Shown here piece by piece: positions 54,001-64,000 of a stretch of DNA of 64,000 nucleotides; within the stretch, counting starts at the first letter, position 1; every line of letters begins with the position of its first letter. The notes under the pieces are model-generated. The model searched no databases, had not been told where the DNA came from, and saw only the letters and a list, made by a program, of their open reading frames with translations. The translations under genes were made by a program, and so were the position numbers. This stretch comes from Octopus vulgaris (Eukaryota): assembly GCA_951406725.2 (NCBI GenBank), contig OX597830.1, positions 5,332,001 through 5,396,000 of the forward strand, written 5' to 3'.

Positions 54001-55338
54001 CGTCTCTCACTTTGTTTTTCCACTTTTCTTTATCTTATTCTTTTTTTCTTAGACGCTGGCAAAAAAGCTAAGGCTAATATCTTTTGTGGCTAAAAGCTAT
54101 GTCTGAACATAGATATTTACGCTACCCACGGGTAAAAATAAGTTAACAAAACCCAAATAGAATGTTGACAAAAGTCCTCCTAAAATTTGAGCAACATGCG
54201 TGCTAATTTGTGGACGTACATATATTACAATCACGTACACACACGCACACACATTCTCCCTTTTGTAGATATGATTACATACAAAGTTATACAGTTAATA
54301 CAATGATATATATAGCACTCGTTCACCGAAACGTACGTAGCGTTTATTTGACTTCTCTTTTTGTCAATCAAAATGATTCAAATATGTATGTGCGTGAGTG
54401 TATATGTGTATGCATGTATGTATGTATGTATGTATGTATGTATGTATGTATATATACATACATACATGCATGCATACATACATACATACAAGCACACAGA
54501 TGCATATGCGTGTTTGTGTAAATATTTATAATCCCATAACATACACAGATATAAATATACGCATAAACACATGCATTTATTTCCGTACTTGTCTATCTTT
54601 TTGTCTTCTCTTTGAGTTTTATTTAAAGACTTTTTAAGAGAGTCCATAACGGTCGCAAACAAGAAGACATGAGTTTTTGAGTTGAGAGAGTTCCTGGTGT
54701 TTGTAAATATGTAGTTGTGTTAAGGGTCGATACCCACACTTGACTGTGCGTCCATTCTCCAAAAGACAACTATATATGAATGTAGGCATGTATGCTTGTA
54801 TGTATATATCTATGTATGTCTATAAATATACCTACATATGTAAGCATCAGTCGTTCTATCTACCTATTTATGAGGTTCTGTCCCTCAGTCTCTCTCTAAC
54901 ACACCCACATACACATAAAAAATCCATAAACACACACACTCACATTTATTTATTTGCATATAATTATTTCTTCTAATTACGAGAGAGACAGATCTATCAA
55001 TACCAATGTGAAAATCATTAGACTGACTGTTGGAACGGATCTGGAAGAATAAGAAAGCTATTCTTCAGAAGTCGGTGTAATAGAAGCTGGAACAGTCATG
55101 GCAAAGAATAATCAATCTTCCATATTCCACTAAACTACAGGCTGGAATAAAGCCAAACTATTGGAAGAAATCGATAGAACAGAACTAAAATGGAGGCTAT
55201 GGATGTACGTAAGAAGGTGTGTATGGAAGTAGGTACATACATATGCATATATGTATATATGTGTGTTTATGTATGAATGTATGTATGTATCTATGTATCT
55301 ATGTATCTATGTATATATATATACATGCATATAAATAC

Positions 55339-55386
<48 letters not shown>

Positions 55387-55518
55387 CTGTGTATGTTGTG
55401 TGCAGTGTGCTTGTGTATGTGTGTGTAAGTAGGCATGTATGTGTATATATCTGTGTGTGAGTGCATCTTTCAATATATGTATGTAGTTGTAGTGGATATA
55501 TATACGCCAATAAGTAAG

Positions 55519-55574
<56 letters not shown>

Positions 55575-56004
55575 ATAGAGAGGAATACAAGTTTGCACGT
55601 GCGTATGTATGCTTGTACGCATGAGTATGCATTTATGTATATGTGGTGTGTGTGTGGAGGTACGTATATACCTATGTTGTACATATATATGTGTTTTCTT
55701 TCTCCTGATTTTAATTCCAAAAAAAAAAATAAATTCCGTCCATTTCCTGTTCGATGACAACATTGTCCCGAATTATAATTTTCTTGTCTACTGTTTTTCA
55801 AAAGACGAATTATTCTTTCCGTTTTTATAAGCTATGATTCTGTAGATATTAAGAAAGTCTTGCAGATTTCTGTTTCTCCGAAGAACATGATCGTTGTCTG
55901 AACGCAAGATGTTCCTCAACAGACAGCTGTTACAAGGGAGATAATCATTTCATCAATCATTTTTCAACGTATATGAATTTGATTTACAGAAACAAGGCAA
56001 ATGA

Positions 56005-56162
56005 TGCGTAGCTTTGTGGTAAGAAGCTTGCTTCCCAACCACATGGTTCCAGGTTCAATCTCACTGCGTGCCACCTTGGCAAGTGTCTTCTGCTATGGTT
56101 TCGGGCCGACCAAAGCCTTGTACTGGCTTTGGTAGACGGAGATTGAAAGAAGCCCCTCGCAT

Positions 56163-56218
<56 letters not shown>

Positions 56219-56566
56219 TAGCAGTATCGCCCGGCGTTGCTCGGGTTTGTAAGGAAATAACTATAAAGCATTTTTAGAGAGTTATAGCAAAAATGGAAAA
56301 AAATGATGGTAAATATTTTTTACTTAAAAAGGTCGAGTTGCATCCCCTAGGCAGTCTGTGGTTTGTGTTTCTAATTCTTGACCCCATGTCGAATTTATCG
56401 ATTTTTTTTCAGAACTGGGGGAACTTTTCAAAATTTTCGCTGCGTTAGTTTTGAATTATGACATTGGGCTATGTGTGTGCAAGTTTCATCAGAATCGGTT
56501 GAAAGCCGTGGTCAGGGTGAGGGTACAAGCAAACAGACACACAGAAACACACACAGACAAACTGCC

Positions 56567-56602
<36 letters not shown>

Positions 56603-57153
56603 TTGGGCCAGGGCGTCATGAAACGTGTACAATAAAAAAGTACGAAGCACGAGTACATTTTATATTTTATATTTTATATTTGATAAGAGGAGGTGTAATT
56701 TATAGCCTGCCTCCCCACCACCGCACACTCAGTGACACTGAAGTGGTCAAAGCTGAAATTCTTAGAACCCCCTTGGAGTCGGTGTCCTGTCCAGCAGACC
56801 AAAGGAAATTCTTTCCTTTTTCTTCCCTCTCCCTTCCCCTCCTTCTCTTTAGCACTTGACTGAAATACAAACGCGCGCACACACACACATATACACATAC
56901 ACATACACACATGTTCTCTCTCTCACTTTCCCCTCATCCACCTCACCCTCTTGTGGTGTCTTGTTCCTCCCCACCACTACGACTCTATAAAATGATTAAA
57001 ATTCCCCACAAAGGAATTATTTTGATTTGAAAACCCCACTAGAATGGGAGAAAGCGCTAATGATCTAAATGATATGATATATATGTAAAAAATGTAATAT
57101 ATAAATAAATATCTGTAAATATAAACCATCCGATCTTCTGATTACCTCATTTC

Positions 57154-57217
<64 letters not shown>

Positions 57218-57573
57218 CATATATTTCGTTTTGGGATTTGGTTTGCAAGATTCTTTATGTGAGTTCGTGTGTTGAAGCATATCCTGGGCAGAGTCATTTT
57301 TGTGCCTATTAATTTAACACACTCACCGGTAAAATTTCCCCTTATTTCATATTGTTGTTTTCCTAAAATTTTCATTGCGTTTCTGTCCGTTATTTAAACT
57401 GCGTTCCTTTTTGCTTGTTTGTGCGCAAGTGTGTGCGTGAGTGTGTGTGTGTGTGCCTATACATGCATGTATGTATATATGCATGTGTGTGTGTGTGTGT
57501 GTGCATATGTATATGTATGTGTGGGCATGTCTGAGTGTGTGTATTTTGCAACAATGTACCGTGTTTGCATGTA

Positions 57574-57621
<48 letters not shown>

Positions 57622-57853
57622 CATATATATCTGAATGTATGTACGTATATATTTGTGTGACCCCCCACCATCGCTTTACAACCGATGTTGGTGTGTTTAT
57701 GTTCCCGTAAGTTATCGGTTCGGCAAAAACAGAGCGATAGAATAAGTACTAGGCTTACGAAGAACTAGTCCTGGGGTAGATTTGTTCGACTAAGAGCGGT
57801 ACTCCAGCATGACCGCAGTGAAATGACTGAAACAAATAAAAGAAAAAGAATAA
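56005..57853 (+). mobile_element. SINE family B split by about 1.5 kb of nested sequence (5' half 56005-56160, 3' half 57650-57853)
   Basis: Halves collinear with 26956-27434; they could also be two independent fragments. Confidence 0.65.
56218..56575 (-). mobile_element. Non-autonomous Helitron
   Basis: Minus-strand 3' hairpin cccgagcaacgccggg (56230-56245) followed by CTAG|T; internal aagtttcatcagaatcgg and (ACAG)-like repeats typical of such elements; sits in (TA)n. Confidence 0.75.
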
Positions 57854-57974
57854 AATTATTTAATTATATTTGTTTTCTTATTACGAAGTCTTTAAAATCT
57901 CTCGGCAGAATTTCATTCGTTGTAAGAAACCATCAACATTAAATGACCTGAGATATATTAATATATAATATACA

Positions 57975-58146
57975 TGCTCTCATTCGAAGGTGGAACATTG
58001 CTATTGAGAGAAATTTTAACTATGTTGAGAAGTAGGGATGTGATCCACAAAGGACCAGCTTCATTTTGATGTATGATACATGTTCCTGTGTTGGTAATTA
58101 TACCTGTCCTGAACAAAATGGTATTACTTTTTGACTCACCTTCGCA
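57975..58146 (+). mobile_element. Mariner 3' end relic
   Basis: ALIRRWNIAIERNFNYVEK* then TIR-like attactttttgactcaccttcg. Confidence 0.65.
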
Positions 58147-58682
58147 TTAATTATCCTATAAAAGGAAACCTCATTTACATATGGAAATTCTCCAAGTGAT
58201 GCCAAACTTTGAAACAGAGGGTCTTGTATCACATCATCTGATTCCAATAATAATTTGTAAGTTTCAAAGTTTATTGGTTGTCTTGGATTTTGCAGGATCC
58301 TCGTCGATTCTCTATCGATGCAGTATCGTTCTGCAAAATTTTGATTAACAGATGGCCTTCACCACAGACTATGTTTTTTTGTTTTGTCGCTTATTTTCTT
58401 GCTTCTACAATAATATAAACTCGGATATTTTTATATTTGATCGATACTTATATTTATCACCTTCAGTATATTCATCAGTATTGGTCATTTTTTCCCTTGT
58501 ATAAGTCATTCCCCTTCGATTACCAATGATATAACCTTACCCCACCACACACATTGTTGAAGGCGCGAAACTATAAACGCTCAAGACAATATGAAATAAT
58601 TCGTTTTTGGAATTGCCTTTCAAAGAACATAAATAATAGCATGTTTATATATCGTGATACAAAGGTTACAAGGTATCTTTGT

Positions 58683-58913
58683 ATTCGTTTCAGCCATTGT
58701 ACTGTGGCCACGCTGGGGCATTACCTTGAAGAATTTTAACCGAATGAATCGACTCCCTACTTAGGTTTTTTTTTCGGTACATCATCTACCGAATCCTTTC
58801 GCCAAACCGCTAATTCAAGGGAACGTAAATATACAAACACCGGTTGTCAAGCGACGGTGGAGGAAAACACAAACATAAAGATAGATACACATACATATTT
58901 ATACACACACACG

Positions 58914-58966
<53 letters not shown>

Positions 58967-59368
58967 GGTAAAAATTATTAAATAAATTATTTATATCAGT
59001 GGTTAACATGTGTGATAAAAGTCAGGAGGTATAACTATTTTTATAATCTTTTCTACTCTAGACAAAATGACCGAAAATTTGAGGTAGGGGGCTAGTCGAT
59101 TAGATCGACCTCAGTACGCAACTGGTACTTAATTTATCGACCCCAAAAGGCAAAGTCGACATGAGCGGAATTTGAAATCAGAATGTAAAGACAGACGAAA
59201 TACTGCTAAGCATTTCACCCAGTGTGTTAACGTTTCTACCAGCTCGCCCCCTTATAAATATTTTTATAATATAATAGTGAATAAGAACTTATACACGGAA
59301 AGGAGACCTCTCTAGCATGTAAGGAGTCTATATGATGGTCTCCTCTCCGTGTATAAACTCTCATATAC

Positions 59369-59418
<50 letters not shown>

Positions 59419-59650
59419 CGGCGGTGCATCAGCATGGCCGCAGCTCTGAGCTGAAACTAGAATAATATATATATAGATATATATATATATATATGCGGCG
59501 GGCTGCTTTCAGTTTCTGTCAACCAAGTCCCTTCACAAGGCTTTTAGTCTGCCCGTGTCTCTAGTAGATTACATTTGCCCAAGGTGCCATCGAGTGGGAC
59601 TGAACCAGGAACCATATAGTTAGGAAGGAAACGTCTAACTACACAGCTAA
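58683..59650 (-). mobile_element. SINE family B (3' half 58683-58875, 5' half 59495-59650) hosting nested elements
   Basis: Reverse-complement halves in correct order around (TA)n-flanked inserts. Confidence 0.8.
59048..59252 (-). mobile_element. SINE family A with 18-bp TSD, inside an H-like element (58962-59372)
   Basis: tataactatttttataat (59030-59047) versus tataaatatttttataat (59253-59270), one mismatch. Confidence 0.88.
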
Positions 59651-59862
59651 GTGCAAGTATTATCTGGTGTAGAACTCATTATTTTGTTAGAATGGGTCGA
59701 TATGTTTATTATATGGAAACCGATAGATTACTGAACGCTTTGCCTTTGGCTGATCTGTTGACGAGTGTCGCGCACAATCAAGTCAAAAGCGTCCTTCTGA
59801 GTGCAGTCAACGTTTTATATAGGCATTTTCCTTCTCTCTCTATCTCTCCTATACATACATAC

Positions 59863-59893
<31 letters not shown>

Positions 59894-60337
59894 CATACAT
59901 ACATACATACATACATTCATACATACACACACACACACACATATACATATATATATAAACACATATACTTACATATTTATTTGTGTTCGTATATATTTAA
60001 ACATATATGTACGTACATTATATCTATGTTTGTGTGTTTGTGTATAGACATTATGCTCATATCTGTATGTGCGTCTGTGTATCTAAATACATATAAACTA
60101 AATTTAGATATGTCTCTAATCTGCGCGTGTGTCTGTTTTTTGCGTGCATTTTTGAATGTGTTTGTTAAAAGAAATAACAGTTGAAAAACCTTTAATAATT
60201 ACTTCTATATTATACAGCTACTCCCAAACGTATAATTTAGATATACACACATAATACACACACACACACACACACATACACACACACAAACACATACACA
60301 CGCACACGCATGCACGCACGCACACACACACACACTT

Positions 60338-60660
60338 AGTGGCACCTTAGGCAAGTGTCTTCTGCTATAGGCTCGGGCCTACCAAAGCCTTGTGCGTGAA
60401 TTTGGTAGAAGTCCGTCGTATATATGTGTGTATGTGTGTATATGTGTGTGTGTATGTGTGTGTATATATATTTGTGTGACCCCCATCGCTGGACAACCGA
60501 TGCTGGTGTGTTCACGTCCCCGTAACTTAGTGGTTCGGCAAAAAAGTACTAGGCTTACTAAGAATAAGTCCTGGGATCTATTTGTTCGACTAAAGGCGGT
60601 GCTCCAGCATGGCCGCAGTCAAATGACTGAAAGAAACAAAAAAGTGAAAGAGTAAAAGAG
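60338..60660 (+). mobile_element. SINE family B, 5'-truncated
   Basis: gtggcaccttaggcaagtgtcttc...taaaggcggtgctccagcatggccgcagtcaaatgactgaaa. Confidence 0.9.
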
Positions 60661-61059
60661 AGATACACATATACACAGTTATCCTAACACTCATTATACA
60701 GTTTGTGAACTGCCGCTGCCTTCATCTGTTTTGGTTCAACTGCAAAGAATATAAACTCGCTGCTCTTTTGTGCAATCCATGACGTTCTTCCAGTTGCTAT
60801 TGCTGCATTATCACACTCCAATGCATCCGGGTAACTGAAAGGTTGTAATCATGTATTAAAACATGGCCGTTGTCAATACATGTTTTCCCGTTTCTACTTT
60901 TCCACTTCATTGCTTTTCGATTAATCTGGTTATTTAACCGACCAACAAACCGTCGAAGTGCAATTAATATTGTAATTACAATTCTCATGGGTTCTAAATT
61001 ATGACATCTCAGACTAGGCGCAAGATCACATTAAACGGAAAGAGATGCAACAGTCGCGG

Positions 61060-61457
61060 AAATCAAACCCAGTACTTAATTCGTACTCGATTTTATCAAT
61101 CTCAGAAGAATGAAAAAAATGAATTTCTCTTTGGTTGGATTTGAACTCAGGACGTAAAGACAGGAGACTAAATACTATAAAACACGTTACCTGACGAATG
61201 TGTCACGGATTCTGATAATCCTCCACTTTAAATATTTAAATATTGATTTGAAATTTTAGCACAAGACCTGTAAGTTCCAGGCAGGGATAAATCGATTAAA
61301 TCGAACCCTGAGTTCAGCTGGTACTTAAATTTCTCGATCTCGAAAGGATGAAGGGTAAAGTTCACCTCGCTGGAATTTGAACTCAGAACGTAACGATGGA
61401 AGAAATACCACTAAGCATTTTGCCACGAATGCTAACGATTCTGCCAACTCGCTGCTT
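61060..61457 (-). mobile_element. Two head-to-tail SINE family A copies (61060-61228, 61241-61457)
   Basis: Both contain atttgaactcag.acgtaa; second ends gctaacgattctgccaactcgctgc. Confidence 0.82.
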
Positions 61458-61988
61458 TGCCATGTTTAAATATTAAATGCCAGGAATAAATTGAAGGAAA
61501 ATACAAATCTTTCATATGTCGGTTAGTGTCCCCTTCTCGTTAAGAATCTGGTTGAACAGATCTTTATGAAAGCAGCTACTTGCAACGGTAGCAGATATGT
61601 CTAACATCTTCCATATGCATGACGCTAAATGGAGATTTACCCACCTTCTAGGTTCTAATGAGTATAAGGTAGGTATGTACGGATCTCTTATCCGACTCTA
61701 ATCCTGAATCTACATTCCACCACTTAACAAGAATTATGCTTCAGCTTTTTTGTTTTGTTTTTTGGAAAAATTCGATCCCTGATATGTGTAGAATAAAATC
61801 AAAATACTTGCTGATTCCAAACATATCAATAACCTTGACATAACTATCGATTTTTCCCCACTTATGTGAGAAGGACACGAATATCTTAGAGCATAAAACA
61901 GAGTGTGTCATTTACCAACATGCAATTGAAAAGACCTTCAGGATGATTTACAAAATAAAATTATCTATTTACCCACATACCTCCCTGC

Positions 61989-62083
<95 letters not shown>
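61989..62083. repeat. (ATCT)n microsatellite
   Basis: Directly visible. Confidence 0.97.
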
Positions 62084-64000
62084 AATACCAATATATTTAT
62101 ATAAGGATGCATATTCTGCAATAAAGTTTTCTTTTTTGTGTTTTCATATATGTTTCTTACTTCTCTCTTTAAATTATTCATTTATATTTATAGTGTACAT
62201 AATGATTTTTCGTCACGTAGTTCCAGTGGTAAAACAAAAGGAAACCACGAATTAAAATCTTTAGAACAATAACAATTTTCGAAGGACTGTGTCAGCACTT
62301 TCACTTCCATATGAAACATAATATCTAGATAGTTGGCAGTGAACACCATACACATCATCCGTACTTGGTGACATAAGCCTTGAATATGAATGACTTTTAT
62401 TACATGTGTGAATCACTGCCATTTTTCATAGCACTGGCACAGCAGAGATTTAATATTAAAATATTTGGAAAAATCCTCAATAATAAGGTTTTTTTCCTTC
62501 TACATCTAATGTTCATTGGACTTAGTGTTTTTTTTTCAATACAAAGTAAATAATCTAGCTCTAAAATTCTTTACAAAATACATGGAAATATATGTTACGT
62601 TTGCCCATCTATTTAATGCCGCTTTCAGCTCATTTGTTGTAAAATGCCATCATTTTTGACGGTACTGGTGTACTAGTGTACATATATATATATATCAGTA
62701 GTGTGTGTGTATAATTGAAGGCAATCATTAGAATTATATGGATCACCTGAAGGATATAGGTGTGAACATTAATTGAGAGTAATTGAGTGTTAATAGTAAA
62801 AATATATCGTTTATGATACATTCCGTTTGAAAACAAGGTGTTTCTCCAAATGAGAGTTTAGTCCAGAATATATTAAATGTTTCTCCTTCTTCTGAGAGGA
62901 ATGAATTGGAGATCTTTAAAAGATTGGCAAATTTTCATGGTTAATATTTACTAAATATCTTGAAATTATCAAATTGGGTGCAAATTTACACATGAAAACT
63001 ATTGTAGAATTTGGTTGTACAAATATTTAGTGAAGAGTATTCGATAATTTAGAGAGTGTTCTTGCTGAGAATCTGGCAGCATTTACATTTCATTCTGAGC
63101 GAGATATGGCAAATATATTAATGCTAGGGGAGACGTTTTACAGGGTGCAACACAAAACATGCAACATACTCAGGCCGACAAGCGTTTTAACAGCAAACAA
63201 ACGGTGAACGCCTGCACAAAATGACATACAAGCGTTATATAAATTATATTTAATGTTATGAAAATGATATACAAAAGTTATATACGAACATTTTAAGAAC
63301 AAAGACCGTAGACACCAGCGCACAGATGATAGTAAGTGAAGATGAAACGATAAAATATCATTTATATCAAGAAACCATTTCTATCTGCTTAACTTTACAA
63401 CGGCCAAAGCAATGGCCGTAAAAAATATATAACGTTTCCCTGTCACACCCTACACATGGCGTTTTATCGCAGGATTATTTACCCTCTGACAGATTTATCT
63501 AAATGGTCAACCTCTACTATATTCAATTATAGAAATATTAAAAGGGAAGATTTGGAGAAATGTGCTCTCTATAGATACTATTTGACATTTTTACTTGGCA
63601 GCAAATCCTTGCTTAGTTCTCATAGAAGATCCCTTGTAATCAGCTCTCGTAAATAATTTTCAAATATTACCTTTTAGACAATGTTTAGTTTTGCCGTGTA
63701 GCTAACAACATTCGATGTTGATACTGCTTTTGGCATTTCATATCTGTAATATAAACAGGCAACGATTCTCAGACATTAACCTCTGGAAACGACTTCGGAG
63801 GGAGCCTCGCAATCGGAGAATTTGCTATGCCGCTCTGATACCGTCACTACACCATTCACTAACCAGCCGATAGAATACTGAGAAGATTCCATCATGCGTT
63901 GTTCTGGCTGACCCCTCAGATCGAAAAAGAGCTTTCGAATCTGAATAATCATTTGGAAATAACAGCACTCACTACAAGATTGCCCTACTACTGTAATATT

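Overview
AT-rich animal (eukaryotic) genomic DNA, very probably octopus/cephalopod (inferred from recalled octopus-type tRNA-derived SINEs and the very high microsatellite density). No confident protein-coding gene, rRNA, intact tRNA or CRISPR array. Almost all ORFs in the track are translations of simple repeats; a few overlap decayed transposon ORFs. The window is intergenic or intronic and contains at least six short interspersed-repeat (mostly tRNA-SINE) families, a near full-length decayed Tc1, mariner relics and a mariner MITE, R4/Dong-like and CR1-group LINE 3' ends, a non-autonomous Helitron and Penelope-like element (PLE) relics. Most notable: (1) about eight minimal type-I hammerhead-ribozyme-like motifs in several PLE-like families, several sitting in (TA)n arrays; (2) a family of (TA)n-embedded elements ending in long near-perfect fold-back hairpins; (3) repeated nesting of elements in the internal microsatellite of one SINE family. 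Family letters are my own labels, repeat boundaries are approximate, and all alignments were done by eye.
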